From: Dehalococcoidia bacterium
GTDB lineage: Bacteria; Chloroflexota; Dehalococcoidia; Bin125
Assembly (NCBI GenBank): GCA_965203995.1
Contig: OZ241962.1
Coordinates: forward strand, 1,610,311 to 1,674,310
DNA length: 64,000 nucleotides
Direction: 5' to 3'
How positions within the stretch are numbered: position 1 is the stretch's first letter; the number at the start of each line of letters is the position of its first letter. The notes under the pieces are model-generated. The model saw only the letters and a list, made by a program, of their open reading frames with translations. It was not told the DNA's origin and searched no databases. Shown in pieces: positions 34,387 through 45,238 of the stretch. Made by a program: the position numbers and the translations under genes.

Positions 34387-36699
34387 TCATGGCTCGCTCT
34401 CGGCGGGAACGACTTCGATCCACACCTGGGCGTGAATGGTGACGGGTCGGAAGTTGCTGTCGCGCACGGCGACGGCGATCGACTGGTCGCCCGGTTCGGT
34501 CGGACAGTCGGTCTCGATCCGATCTCCGACCACGGTGGCGTCGGGATCACCGGGGAGGCTGACGTGATACGGGGCCACGCCGCCGATCGCCTTCCAGAGG
34601 AGTTGCAGGCGGTCGCCGGGCGCGCACGTGTTGCTCGGCGTCGGCGCTGCCGTCGCGAGCAACTCGACCAGCTCGGGCGGATCGTCGGTGACGACTAGGC
34701 GGACCACGGTGGTGGCGCGGTTCGGCGGGCTGGCATCATCGACGGCGCGCAGCGTGACGGTCTGCTGGCCGATCTGTTCCCGGCAACGGACTCGAGCGGT
34801 GCCCTCGCGTCCGAACCTCCCATCCAGGCCGTCGATTGTGACCACTCTTTCCAGGTCTTCGTGGTAGTCGGCGAACCAGCCGATCAGCACGGTCTCGCCG
34901 GGACGACAGTAGCCGGACAGGTGCGGGTAGGCGCGTAGGCTCAGTTCGTCGTCGCCCTCGCTGACCACGGTTTCGAAGTCGACGGCGAGCTGAGTCGACT
35001 GCGGTGGGTCGCTGTTGTCGCTCGCCTGCAGGTCGATCAATCCGGGACCTGGTTCCGCCGCACAGGAAATCACCATGCGATGCGCCGACGGATCGCGCCC
35101 GTTCAGCGTCACGGTGACGGGCGTCCAGAACCCACCGGTGACTGCCCAGTAGAGATTCAGGTGGCCGCCGCCGAGCGGCACACTCGAAGTCGTCCCGCTG
35201 CCGTCGGAGTTCAGCCACCCGTCCTCGTCGGCGGCCATAGCGATGAACACGCTGCTGGTGTCGCAGCTGATCGGGTCCGCATAGGCGGAAATCGCAAGCG
35301 GACGCAGTTGGTCGGCGTGGTCCTCGGGCAGCGCCGGCGGCTGGCCGACCGAGGCGGCGATCTGATCCAGCTTGGTGTGGATAGGGTGCGCCTCGTCTAC
35401 TGCGGGCATGATCACGCGGTCGTCGCCGCGGTACTCGCGGCCGCTGTCGACGCCGAAAGAGAGCCACGCCTCGATCTCGCCATCGCGGACGATGATCGAG
35501 AAGGTGTCTTCGCAGAAATAGGGATCCCGCTCGTAGTCCTCGTCGGTGCCCCAGCAGTGCCCATGCACATGTTCTCCGTCCTCAACACTGACGCCACCAG
35601 GGACGGTGATGACCTGTCCCGAGACCCGGTAGGTCTCGCCGCTTCGCAGAGTGGTGCTGCCCCCGACGTGCTTGATCCCGTAGGTGTGGACCACGTTGGA
35701 GGCGATTCGGCCGTCGGCGTCGATTACGGTCCCGTGGACCGAGTGCAGGCCGGAATCGCTCTGCCCGCCCAGCAGCGCTCCGCACTGGACGTGCAGCGTG
35801 CCCTCGCTCGCGCCCACCTGCTCCCCGTCGATCACGATCCGATAGGGCTTCGCGCCGCCGCTGATCTCCCAGGCCACGACGCTGGTCGAAGGCGCATAGG
35901 GCGGGCCGTTCTCCTCGCAGATCGCGGGCGCGATCATAGTCAAGCTCAGCTCGTCGGAACCGGGACCGCCGACGTTGGCGGGCAGAGCGGCGGTTGGCGC
36001 TTGTCCGATCGAGGCGATCAGTTCGTCGAGGATGTCATCAACCTGGTCGGCGCTCAGTTGGCCGAACTTCGAGACCTCGCGATTGGCCTCATCGGCGTGC
36101 CAGCGGCGGATCCAGATGTAGGGCGGCTCCGAGGCCCACCCGTCGGCGTGCAGCTGGAATCGATCGCCGCACTCCGCTAGGCCGATTGCGCAATCGGCCG
36201 ACCGGTATCCGCCGACATGGAGGTCGAACTCGTCCGGCGCGGTGAGCAGCACGCCGTGCACGCGGTAGGTGCGTCCGCGGAGGAGTGTGACGTCCGTGTA
36301 GCCTTCGACCGGGTCGGCGCGGATCACTCGAACGGCATAGACGTACGAGAGCGCACCGGCCGCAGAACCCGTGGCGTCCTCGACATGTGCCTGGATCGCC
36401 ATGATCCCGGCGTCGACCTCGTCGCCTTGCCAGACGCCGCAGACCACCGAGGCGGTGCCGCTGGCCTCCGAGTAACGCACGCCGTCAACGACCACGCGGT
36501 ACGGGGCGGAGCCGCCCTCTACCTGCCAATCCACTTCAAGGCCGGGCACGACCGCTCCGCTGTCGTAGTCGGCCTCGCAGCTCGTCGGAGTGCTGAGACT
36601 GATGGTCAGCGGTCTGGCCGATTCAGCCCCGCGCGGGAGCAGCAGGGCCAGACTCAGGATGGTTGCGACGGCGATCAGGACCGGAACGCGATGACTCAT
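34387..36699 (-). CDS. Secreted Cys-motif repeat protein, paralog L2 (770 aa), of an unrecognised four-member family.
   Basis: Signal peptide. Repeated modules carry the motifs C(E/D)xDYD, W(Q/E)V(E/S)GG.APY.V.(I/V)DG, CG.W, Y.Y.VRVIR, (T/G).YRVHG.LLT.P, C.D(R/E)FQL and PPYIW.RRW. It overlaps the downstream gene by 4 nt. Confidence 0.6.
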   Translation of the reverse strand: MSHRVPVLIAVATILSLALLLPRGAESARPLTISLSTPTSCEADYDSGAVVPGLEVDWQVEGGSAPYRVVVDGVRYSEASGTASVVCGVWQGDEVDAGIMAIQAHVEDATGSAAGALSYVYAVRVIRADPVEGYTDVTLLRGRTYRVHGVLLTAPDEFDLHVGGYRSADCAIGLAECGDRFQLHADGWASEPPYIWIRRWHADEANREVSKFGQLSADQVDDILDELIASIGQAPTAALPANVGGPGSDELSLTMIAPAICEENGPPYAPSTSVVAWEISGGAKPYRIVIDGEQVGASEGTLHVQCGALLGGQSDSGLHSVHGTVIDADGRIASNVVHTYGIKHVGGSTTLRSGETYRVSGQVITVPGGVSVEDGEHVHGHCWGTDEDYERDPYFCEDTFSIIVRDGEIEAWLSFGVDSGREYRGDDRVIMPAVDEAHPIHTKLDQIAASVGQPPALPEDHADQLRPLAISAYADPISCDTSSVFIAMAADEDGWLNSDGSGTTSSVPLGGGHLNLYWAVTGGFWTPVTVTLNGRDPSAHRMVISCAAEPGPGLIDLQASDNSDPPQSTQLAVDFETVVSEGDDELSLRAYPHLSGYCRPGETVLIGWFADYHEDLERVVTIDGLDGRFGREGTARVRCREQIGQQTVTLRAVDDASPPNRATTVVRLVVTDDPPELVELLATAAPTPSNTCAPGDRLQLLWKAIGGVAPYHVSLPGDPDATVVGDRIETDCPTEPGDQSIAVAVRDSNFRPVTIHAQVWIEVVPAESEP

Positions 36700-38780
36700 G
36701 GCGCCAACCTCTGCGGTCGCGCGGTCTGGACCCAGATGATGGCGCTGCGGGTCTCCACCTGGGGCGGGTCGGTCGCGGCGGTCACCCGGATCGTCAGCCG
36801 CTGCGGTCCGGCGACGTCGGCGCAGCGAATCTGTGTCTCGCCGGACGCGCCGAAGACGCGACGGAGACCGTCAAAGCGAACGCTGATTGGGGCCGAGCCG
36901 TTCAGCAGCGACGCGCCCCACTCGACCGTGGCTGTCTCGCCCGCTCGGCATGTCTTTGCGACACTCCACTGGTGGAAGATGTCGTTGTAGCCGTAGGTGT
37001 AATCGGCGCCGACCACATCGAGGCCCAGTTGGAAGTCGAAGTGAGCCGGTGCCGGGCCACCCTCGGTGATCCTGACCGGCGTCTGCTGGCGGCCGGGTTC
37101 GTCCTGGCAGTCGATGTAGGCGCGACCGTACTGCAGCAACTCGGGCTCGCCGTCGACCAGGAAGCTGAGCGGCCACCAGCGTCCACCCGTGGCGGACAGG
37201 AAGACATCCATGCCCCCGCCCGCTCCGCACTCGGCCTCAGGTGTGGTGTAGCTGAGCTGAACCGGACCGGACGCGTCATGGAAGTCAAGCGGCAGTTCCG
37301 GCGGCTGGTCGATCGACGCGACTAACCGGTCGAGTGCACCTATGAGCGATGCGGGCGCTTCGTCGGCGATTGTCCGTGAGTACTCGAAGCCGGTCTGATA
37401 GCCGAATTCGATCTGGGCGGCGTGTGCGCCGACTACGGCCGCGACCGTGACCCGTCGCTCACAGAACATGTCGTCGGCTTCCGGGACGGAATCAGCCGTG
37501 CAATCCGGCGCATATGCGAGGCGGGGGTCGTACCAGCTGGTCACCTCGCCCACGCCGAACTCGGCGCCCGCGGGTGGCGTCGCCAGCCAACCTCCGATGC
37601 GGTAGGTGCGGCCGGTCAGCAGCGAAGCGCCGCCGCTCGCGATCACATAGATGTCTGCCCGGGCGGAGGCAGAATCTCCAGAGGCATCGACCGCTGTCGC
37701 CTGCACAATCCGCCGCCCGGAATCCAGGCCGCGACTGTATGCGCGGTAGCAGTCGATCGTCGCGATGCCCCGGCGCCCGAGATAGCGCTCGCCGTCGATC
37801 GTCACCTCGTACGGCGCCCGACCGCCGGAGACGTTCCAGGTCAGATCGACATCTTCGTCGAACTCGCCGGCCTCGCAGATCGCGGGCGCCGAGAGCGTGA
37901 CCGCCAGGCGTCCGCTCTCCGTTCCGGCGGTTCGCACATCTCGACGGGCCGGAGGCTCCCCGAATGTGGCCAGAAACTCGTCGAACAGATCGCTGACCCA
38001 TCGTTGGTAGGAGGGGATCTCGACATCGTCGTCGTCCGCCCTGACCAAGAGCCCCGGGCGGCCGGTCGAACCGTCGAGCCAGCGCGAGTGCTCTAAGGCG
38101 CTCCAGCGCTGAATGTAGATCGACCCCTGGTAAAACCCGAATCCGTCGTTGTCAATCAGATCCAACCGAAAGCGGTCGCCGCAGGTCTCGTCGCGGACCG
38201 CGCAGCGTTCGGACAGGTACGCATGCAGTTGCATCCGGAAGCCCACCGGCACGGTCAGCAGGATGCCGTGCACGCGGTACGTCTCGCCGCCGTAGAGGTA
38301 GGCAGCGTCGCCCTGCTGACGAATCACCCGGATGCCGTAGATATCGTGCAGCGCGGAAGCCCGGCGCCCCTCGGCGTCGGTCACGCTGGCCTGGATGGTG
38401 CTGAAGCCGGAACTGATCTCTTCTCCCAGGTAGTCGACCAGGCGTCCGCACGGCGCCGCGACCACGCCGCTGCTCGTTCGGAAGTCATGGCCGTTGATCA
38501 ACACCCGGTACGGCGCGGTACCGCCCTGCACGCTCCAGGAAGCCTCAATCGTCTCAATCGGGTGGTACCGGTCAACGTCCGTCTCGCAGACATCCGGCGC
38601 CTCGATGCTGATCCGGAGAGGGCTCTCGGCGTCGGCCGCTATAGAGAGCAGCGCCAGGCTCGACCAGACCGCCAGCGCCGCCAGAACAAGCACACACGCG
38701 CCGGGATTCAGGTTGGGCAACCGCCGCAGGGTTCCAGGCATCCCGACCTCTTCAGCAGTTGGCCAACCGGCGCTGTCCAC
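36696..38780 (-). CDS. Secreted Cys-motif repeat protein, paralog L1 (694 aa).
   Basis: The same motif set (SWSVQGGTAPYRVLINGHDF..., LYGGETYRVHGILLTVP, CGDRFRLDL, YIQRWSALEHSRWLDGSTGRPGLL). Most similar to the protein at 47956-50118. Confidence 0.6.
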   Translation of the reverse strand: MDSAGWPTAEEVGMPGTLRRLPNLNPGACVLVLAALAVWSSLALLSIAADAESPLRISIEAPDVCETDVDRYHPIETIEASWSVQGGTAPYRVLINGHDFRTSSGVVAAPCGRLVDYLGEEISSGFSTIQASVTDAEGRRASALHDIYGIRVIRQQGDAAYLYGGETYRVHGILLTVPVGFRMQLHAYLSERCAVRDETCGDRFRLDLIDNDGFGFYQGSIYIQRWSALEHSRWLDGSTGRPGLLVRADDDDVEIPSYQRWVSDLFDEFLATFGEPPARRDVRTAGTESGRLAVTLSAPAICEAGEFDEDVDLTWNVSGGRAPYEVTIDGERYLGRRGIATIDCYRAYSRGLDSGRRIVQATAVDASGDSASARADIYVIASGGASLLTGRTYRIGGWLATPPAGAEFGVGEVTSWYDPRLAYAPDCTADSVPEADDMFCERRVTVAAVVGAHAAQIEFGYQTGFEYSRTIADEAPASLIGALDRLVASIDQPPELPLDFHDASGPVQLSYTTPEAECGAGGGMDVFLSATGGRWWPLSFLVDGEPELLQYGRAYIDCQDEPGRQQTPVRITEGGPAPAHFDFQLGLDVVGADYTYGYNDIFHQWSVAKTCRAGETATVEWGASLLNGSAPISVRFDGLRRVFGASGETQIRCADVAGPQRLTIRVTAATDPPQVETRSAIIWVQTARPQRLAP

Positions 38781-39167
38781 TACCGTCGTGGCGCCTGTGC
38801 GTCATTATCGCAGCGAAATTCTGAGCGCCCTGTGCGACGGCGTGTAACGCGGCGTGCAGTGTTGATGTAGTTTCCCGATCTGACGGACCGCTGCAGGATC
38901 CTCGGGCGGTTCGACGAACGGTTCAGTGCCGAACCGAAGGCTGCTGACCTGCCACAGCACCGCCACTCGGAGCGGCACCCGCAGGAAGTGATCGACAGGG
39001 GCGGACGGGGAAGCTTGGACAGCCCTCAGGTCGTCCAGGGATCGTCGTCCGTGCGGACGCGGGGACGGCAGGCGCCATGACTCGTCAGGACTCCTTGCTT
39101 GGTGATGAGGTCGCAGTGTGTGCTGACGATGGGGGCGTGGTCGAGCGTGGCGGCGCCCAGACTGCCG

Positions 39168-40808
39168 TCATTCGAACGCTCGACCGCGGCTCGACGACTG
39201 CACGGAACGCCAGGCGGGGCCGAGCGGACCCAGGCGTTCCAACATCGCGCGATCCGAGACCCGGATCGGCAACCGCTCGCGGTCGCCCCAGGGCTGCTCG
39301 CGCAGCATCCGCAGGAATCGGTCGGCGGCGAGCGGGTCGTCGAAGGCGATCAGCACCAGCGGCTGCACGCCGTGATCGTCGGTCGGCCGCTGTGTGGCGT
39401 AGTAGCGCCGGTAGGGGCCCAGCTTGGTCGTCATCGTCGAAGGCCGGATCGCTCGGCGCTCCCATTCGAGCAAGAATGGCTGGTCGCGGCCGCCTGAGCG
39501 GAGCAGGCCGAAGGCGTCGGGCTGGACCGAGTAGAGCGTGCCGTCGAGGCGGAAGTAACGCGAGGCGCGCTGGGGCGGGTCGAGCTGGACCAGTTCTCCG
39601 CTCCGCGCGCGGGCCTGCTCGGCCAGCGCGGCCAGGAACCCGTGCACCGACTCGGTGTGGGCGAGGTGGCGCAGCAGCTGCCGGGTCCGGCGGCCGCGCA
39701 GGTTGCGCCAGCCGAACGGCGCCTCGGGGTCGAGCGGTGCGGCGCTCCAACGCTTGCGCGCCTGGCCGACCGAGGCGCGGTCGCGGCGGGCGAGCAGGGC
39801 CAGGCCGCGATCGGTGAGCGCGAGCCGCCGGCGGCCCTCGATCCGCGTCGCAGTCACAAGCTCATTCCGCTCGAGTCCGGCGGTCAACTGCGAGACCCGG
39901 CGGCGGGCGACGCCGAGCAGCGCGGCCAGGTGGTCGGGCCGGATCCAGGGCCAGTCGCCGACCAGGTCGAGGGTCCGCTTCTCGGATGTCTTGAGCCGGG
40001 CCGGAAGCAGCCAGTCCGACTCGCGGATTCCCGCCTGTGCGGCCAGCGGGCGTGGCGGCTGAGACCGCCGGGGCGTCCGTTCAACCGCCCACTGACCCTG
40101 GGGCCGGACGTAGCCGAGCGCCTCCTCGAGGCTGAGTGCGGGGCCGCCCGCCGGGGAACGCCAGATCGGAGACTCGCCCGACTCGCGGGCGGCGTCGCGT
40201 TCGAGCGCGATGAAGCAGACGATCTGCGTGCTGCGGAGCAAGCGCCGGGCCTGGCGGAAGCGGACCTCGTCGGGCACGAGCAGAAGCGCGCCGGAGTAGG
40301 CCGGCCCCTCGCGCAGCCGGCCGATGCGCACGGTGAACGCGGTCCGGTCCAGGGTCGGGCCCCAGCGCACGACGGCCAGGCTGCGCCCCCCGGAGAGGGC
40401 GAAGGTGGCGTCGGCCGGCTGCGAGCGGTACCAGCGCAGCCGCGGCGGGCCGTCAACCTCGGCCAAGGCGGAGCCGAGCCGGTAGATCACGGCGACCGCG
40501 TCGATCCGCCGGAGCAAGGTCCGCCGCCACTGCTCGGAGACGGGATAGTCGCGCAGGATGTCCGCGCGGCTCCGATCCTGCTCGGCGGCCAACCGTTCGA
40601 TCCCGTCCGCCGTGAGCAGGAACCGGCGGGTCGGTCGGATCAGCTCGGAAGCGTGAGCCAGGTCCTCGACCAGGCCCGCGCGCTTGAGACCGGCGAGCCG
40701 CTGGTAGACGGCGCGCTCGGACCAATGCGAGAGGCGGGCCAGTTCGATCCGGTCGGCCAGCGGCGCCTCGGCCGCGAGGCGCAGCAGGTCGCGCTCGATC
40801 TCCCTCAT
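39168..40808 (-). CDS. Replication-relaxation (Replic_Relax) family protein with two tandem winged-helix/Replic_Relax modules, 546 aa.
   Basis: Two repeated modules of an HTH followed by a ...FLLEWERRA.../...(L/V)LIAFDD...-type core. The second (RPDHLAALLGVARRRVSQLTAGLERNELVTATRIEGRRRLALTDRGLALLARRD...PFLLEWERRAIRPSTMTTKLGPYRRYY) matches the Replic_Relax family (Pfam Replic_Relax; the accession PF13814 is quoted from memory) pattern. Confidence 0.55.
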   Translation of the reverse strand: MREIERDLLRLAAEAPLADRIELARLSHWSERAVYQRLAGLKRAGLVEDLAHASELIRPTRRFLLTADGIERLAAEQDRSRADILRDYPVSEQWRRTLLRRIDAVAVIYRLGSALAEVDGPPRLRWYRSQPADATFALSGGRSLAVVRWGPTLDRTAFTVRIGRLREGPAYSGALLLVPDEVRFRQARRLLRSTQIVCFIALERDAARESGESPIWRSPAGGPALSLEEALGYVRPQGQWAVERTPRRSQPPRPLAAQAGIRESDWLLPARLKTSEKRTLDLVGDWPWIRPDHLAALLGVARRRVSQLTAGLERNELVTATRIEGRRRLALTDRGLALLARRDRASVGQARKRWSAAPLDPEAPFGWRNLRGRRTRQLLRHLAHTESVHGFLAALAEQARARSGELVQLDPPQRASRYFRLDGTLYSVQPDAFGLLRSGGRDQPFLLEWERRAIRPSTMTTKLGPYRRYYATQRPTDDHGVQPLVLIAFDDPLAADRFLRMLREQPWGDRERLPIRVSDRAMLERLGPLGPAWRSVQSSSRGRAFE

Positions 40809-40957
40809 CTACCGGTCTCCGATCTCACCCGGATCGACCCTGCGCGGCGGAGCAAAGTGTGTCTCAGGACGCCCTCAAGCCTATCCGAACGGATATGCTG
40901 TGTAGATAACATTGGCCGCTGCCGGACACGAGTTGTCCGGGCTTCGAGAACGGAGTC

Positions 40958-42136
40958 GTGTACAAGGAAAAGGAACTGTTGGACAGTGTCCGGCAGTCGG
41001 CGGCGCCCAGTGTTTTACCGGGCGGACGCGGTTCCTGGACAGCAATCGGCAAGGAAGACGATGCGCGGGCCGGCTGCACGGGGTTTGGACAGCGGCAGGA
41101 CAACGGCGGTGACTGCCGGACAGGATTGGAGGCTTGGATGAACGGCGATGGATCGACTGAGCGGGGGGCGGGGACGGGCCCGGTGGGCGGTCCGGCGGCG
41201 GGCCCGGCGGTGACCGGGGAGGGGCAGCTCTGGGCCCTCCTACAGGACATGGTGGAGCGGGAGGGCCGGGACGCGGCGGCCGAGCGGCTCGGTCTGAGCG
41301 AGCGGACCATCCGACGCACCCTGACGGACCAGCACCTGAGCCGGCGGATGACCGAGGCGCTGCTCAAGGAGCGAAACCGGCGGCATCGTGAGCAACCGGC
41401 GGGGGCGGACGAAGACGCACAAGGGGAGCGGGAGCAACCGGAGGAGGGGGTGCAGACGGGGACCGGGGCGGTGGAAGAACTGGCTGCCCGGGTCGGCGTG
41501 CTGGAGACCGAGCTCAAGGACTGGAGCGGCTGCCTGGACCACGACCTGGAGCTGCTGGAGCAACAGCTCAGGTCCTTGGCCGGGCAGCTGGGGTTGGCCC
41601 TGAGCTCGCAAATGGGGGCGAAGTGGGAGCGCCGCCTCCCCCCGAGGATCCACCCGCAGCTGGTCACGGTTGAGCCTGCGCCCGACGACGCGGCGAACTA
41701 CCGCGAGGCTCTGCCCCTGGTCGCCGAGTGGCGGCGTACGCTGCGCGACCTGGAGGATCCCCCGCACACCCTGGCCTGGCTCAGACTGCAGGAGCGGCTG
41801 CTGGTCGTGGAAATCGAACTGCTCGACGACCACCGCCTGACCCTGCCGCCGGCCGAGCTCCCCTGGGACACGGTGCGGCGGGGCGACGAACTGCGTCTGC
41901 GCCGGCGCGAACTGGCCGACGTACGCCGGCAGCGGGCCTGGACCCAGGTCCTGCACATGCTGGCGCGCATCGCGACCGTCGGCTTGTGGGGCCGGGCGCC
42001 GAGCCTGGAGCGGCAGCTGCGGCAGGAGTTGCGGGCGCGTCAGGCGGCCGTGGTTGGCGGGCCGGACGGGGTAGACGACGGCCACGCGCCGGAGGACGGC
42101 GACAGCGCAGGACGCGGAGCGCCGACCGCGAGTTGA
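40958..42136 (+). CDS. Hypothetical protein with an HTH-like segment and a coiled coil. The start site is uncertain.
   Basis: ERLGLSERTIRRTLTDQHLSRRMTE (HTH-like), then a heptad-like region ELAARVGVLETELKDWSGCLDHDLELLEQQLRSLAGQLG. The C-terminal 70 aa or so recur as a fragment at 42830-43064. Confidence 0.35.
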   Translation: MYKEKELLDSVRQSAAPSVLPGGRGSWTAIGKEDDARAGCTGFGQRQDNGGDCRTGLEAWMNGDGSTERGAGTGPVGGPAAGPAVTGEGQLWALLQDMVEREGRDAAAERLGLSERTIRRTLTDQHLSRRMTEALLKERNRRHREQPAGADEDAQGEREQPEEGVQTGTGAVEELAARVGVLETELKDWSGCLDHDLELLEQQLRSLAGQLGLALSSQMGAKWERRLPPRIHPQLVTVEPAPDDAANYREALPLVAEWRRTLRDLEDPPHTLAWLRLQERLLVVEIELLDDHRLTLPPAELPWDTVRRGDELRLRRRELADVRRQRAWTQVLHMLARIATVGLWGRAPSLERQLRQELRARQAAVVGGPDGVDDGHAPEDGDSAGRGAPTAS

Positions 42137-42829
42137 GTCGGGCTAAGCCGGACGGCGGCCGCAGTTGCTTCGCCGCTGAGCAGGTTGAGCCTTGAACTGA
42201 ACACCGCTGCGCCCGAACCTACATCCAAGCTGCATGAACACCCGCAGGGACACACTGCTACCGCTCAATGGAATTGCCCGACAGTGGATGTGTCAGCCTC
42301 GTTTCATGGGTCCTTGGTCCTACGCCTCGGCCCGGCGGGTACCATTGCGCAGCGCAGATCGAGATCACAGCAGGACTTGGGTGCCGGCGTGCGGATCTGT
42401 GACTGTCTGCGGCGGGGATGACGCCATGAGCGAGCTGCTGGCCTGGGCCATCACGCAGACCATTCTGACGCCCTTCATCTGGCGATGGCTCCGCGAATGG
42501 CAGCAGGCCGACGATCCGCGCATGCGACGACCCCGCTGCTGCTCGGCATGGTGAAGGCGTTGGTGCTCGGCTCGTTGCTTTTCGAGTGGGTCGGCGTCGC
42601 GCTCGAGTTGGCGTGGTGACCGCCAGCGCGGGTCTCTGCGCGGACTCGGCGACAGACACAGGGAGCAGATCGCCCGGCCGGCACGCAAGTCGGCGCGACA
42701 CATCCCGGTCTGGCTGCGGGCCGAATGCCGGCGGCTGGACTTGGAGCTTTCACTGATCGGCGGCTTCGGGCTGACGCGGTCCCCGGCCGACGCGCCCTGG
42801 CGAGAACGACGGCGTGAGCATGAGCTGGG

Positions 42830-43064
42830 CTGGCGGGGACGGACGCCGCGACGGCTGCAGGTCTGGGCGGAGGTCCTACACGGGCTGGCGCGGGTCGCGA
42901 CGCTGGGGCTGAGGGGGAGGGCGCCGAGCCTCGGGCGCTCACTGCGCCAGGAGCTGCGGGCGCGGCGGGCGACGTTGGTTGGCGGGCCGGAGGACGGCCA
43001 TGCGCCGGTGCCGAGTGACGGCGCCGGGGAGGGTGCACGCGCCGTCGCGCGAGACGCGGACTGA
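42830..43064 (+). pseudogene. Fragmentary paralog of the C-terminus of the 40958-42136 gene.
   Basis: EVLHGLARVATLGLRGRAPSLGRSLRQELRARRATLVGGPEDGHAPVPSDG versus VLHMLARIATVGLWGRAPSLERQLRQELRARQAAVVGGPDGVDDGHAPEDG. About 75% nucleotide identity by eye. Confidence 0.3.
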
Positions 43065-43337
43065 GCAGAGCCGCACGGCGCCAGCCGCGACGAGCTTGGC
43101 AACTTCAGGGCTTCGGCCTGCGAACGGCATCGAGACTGCATGAGCAGTCCCACGGACGCACACCATCTGCTCGGCGGGCACGAGCGATACTGAACGCGTG
43201 AGACCCATCTCGCCGGTTCTTGGTGGTACAGCGGCGCTAAGCGGGAACAACCGAGCGGTGCGCATCGTCTCACCTGGCAACGGGGCGACAGCCGGTCGTC
43301 AATCTGACGCCCCCGCAAGTCCCAACAGGAGGCCGAG

Positions 43338-45191
43338 ATGAGCGAGATCCCAACCCGAACCAGGAAGCCGGCGCGGCTGCGCAGCCTGGCCCTGCTGTTG
43401 ATCGTCCTGGCGACCGCCGCCGCGCTGCTGGCCGCGGCCTGCGGCAGCGAGCCGGACCAGCAGGTCAGCGAGCAGCCGATTCGCGCCCCGCGCCAATCGG
43501 AACAGTCGGCGGCCGCGGTCCAACAACAGCAGCAGCAACAACAGGAGGCGATGCAAGAGCAGGCGCAGCAGCAAGAGTACGAGCAGGTAGCCGAGCAGCA
43601 AGAAGCTGAGTACGCCGTTGCTGCCCAGCAGCAGGAGCAAGCGGCCCAAGCGGCGGAACAGCAACAGGCAGAGCAGGAGGCTTCGTCCGACAGCTCCCGC
43701 AGCCGCCGTCAGCAGCGTGAACAGCGATCCAGCGAAGGGCGCCAGACTCCGCCAGGCTCGCTGCCCGGCGCGACCAACTTCGAGGACTACGCCACCACCG
43801 GCTGGCGCGAGACCGTGGACGACGATACATCCACCTTCTCCCTCGACGTTGACCGCACCTCCTACTTCCTCGCCCTCAACTGGGTCGAGGCGGGCTACGC
43901 GATCGACCCGGCCTCGGTCCGGGCCGAGGAGTGGATCAACGCCTTCGACTACGGCTACGAGCTGCCCGACGCGAGCGACAGCTTCGCCGTGACGACCAAG
44001 ATCCTCCAGCACCCGCTGCACGACGGCCTGCACCTGGTCCGGATCGCCACCCAGGCGCCCGAGTTTGTCGACAACACCCCGCTCAACGTGACCCTGGTGC
44101 TGGACGCGTCCGGCTCGATGGGCGACGGGAACCGGGTCGCCATCGCCCGAGCCGCCGCCGAGTCGATCCGTCAAGGTCTAAGCCGCGACGACCGGATCGC
44201 CGTCGTCCTATTCTCCAACTCGATCGTCGATTACGAAGAGCACCAGCGCCCCAATGATCGCGACATCGAGCGGATCATCGATCGGCTGGCCCCGACCGGC
44301 GGGACCAATGTGCAGGCCGGCCTCAATCTGGGCGTGGAGTTTGCCGACGACATCCGCCGTGAGCGCCCGGACGCCTACAACTACGTGATTCTGATGTCCG
44401 ACGGCGTCGCCAACGTGGACGCCACCGACCCGTTCGCCATCCTGCGCGCGGCCGGGGACCGCGACGACTCGAACCCGCTGCGCCTGATCACCGTCGGCGT
44501 CGGCATCGCCAACTACAACGACGTGCTGCTCGAACAGCTCGCCCAGCACGGCAACGGCTGGTACCGCTACCTCCAGGACGTCGCCCAGGCCCGCTCGACG
44601 TTCAGCCGCGAGAACTGGCTGGCCCTCTCCGTCCCCTTCGCCGACCAGACCCGCGCCCAGGTGCGCTGGGACGACGACTCCGTCCTCGCCTGGCGGCTGG
44701 TCGGCTACGAGAACCGCGTCACTGCCGACCGCAACTTCGAACAGGACCGCCGCGAGTTCGCCGAGATCCCGATGGGCTCGGCCACGACCATGTTCTTCGA
44801 GGTCGAACTGACCGTGGACGCCCTGCGCCGCGAATTGATTGAACTGGGCGAGATTGAGTTGAGGTGGGTGGTCCCGATGTCGGACGAGTCCCGCAGCCAG
44901 CAGGTCGGGATGGTCAGCGGCGTGTCCCGCTTCGGCGACGACGCCATGCTCGACCTCGGATCGGTCGTCGCGCTGGCCGCCGACCGCTACAGCTGGTTCG
45001 GCCAGGACGGTCTCAGCGAAAGCACGATGAATCTCGCCGCCGAACACCTGGATGAGATTGCGTACTGGTTCGAAGAGCTGCCGCGCGACCTCCGCGACGC
45101 CCAGGCCGGCCAGGACTTGGCCAAACTACTCCTCGCCATGGGCGCTGTCGCCGGGGAGCACGAGTCCGAGGACCCCGGATACTCGCGCTGA
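43338..45191 (+). CDS. Lipoprotein with a Gln-rich linker and a von Willebrand factor type A (VWA) domain (YfbK-like, with a C-terminal DUF3520-like region).
   Basis: Lipobox LLAAACGSEP. QQQQQQQQEAMQEQAQQQ low-complexity region. VWA MIDAS block LNVTLVLDASGSMGDGNRVAIA...TNVQAGLNLG...NYVILMSDGVANVD. Confidence 0.8.
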   Translation: MSEIPTRTRKPARLRSLALLLIVLATAAALLAAACGSEPDQQVSEQPIRAPRQSEQSAAAVQQQQQQQQEAMQEQAQQQEYEQVAEQQEAEYAVAAQQQEQAAQAAEQQQAEQEASSDSSRSRRQQREQRSSEGRQTPPGSLPGATNFEDYATTGWRETVDDDTSTFSLDVDRTSYFLALNWVEAGYAIDPASVRAEEWINAFDYGYELPDASDSFAVTTKILQHPLHDGLHLVRIATQAPEFVDNTPLNVTLVLDASGSMGDGNRVAIARAAAESIRQGLSRDDRIAVVLFSNSIVDYEEHQRPNDRDIERIIDRLAPTGGTNVQAGLNLGVEFADDIRRERPDAYNYVILMSDGVANVDATDPFAILRAAGDRDDSNPLRLITVGVGIANYNDVLLEQLAQHGNGWYRYLQDVAQARSTFSRENWLALSVPFADQTRAQVRWDDDSVLAWRLVGYENRVTADRNFEQDRREFAEIPMGSATTMFFEVELTVDALRRELIELGEIELRWVVPMSDESRSQQVGMVSGVSRFGDDAMLDLGSVVALAADRYSWFGQDGLSESTMNLAAEHLDEIAYWFEELPRDLRDAQAGQDLAKLLLAMGAVAGEHESEDPGYSR

Positions 45192-45238
45192 TTGACTCCG
45201 TCGAGCGGCTCACCGGCGCAACGAGTCACTGCGCCCAC

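Noticed and set aside
39077-41141. Plus-strand ORFs of 246 aa and 499 aa overlapping the Replic_Relax gene, and the Arg/Ala/Gly-rich minus-strand ORF 39884-40456.
   Set aside because: These are antisense or off-frame artefacts of GC-rich DNA and have no domain signal.
43299-45047. Minus-strand ORFs of 291 aa and 279 aa antisense to the VWA gene.
   Set aside because: The VWA plus-strand gene has a clear MIDAS motif and lipobox. The antisense ORFs are low-complexity.
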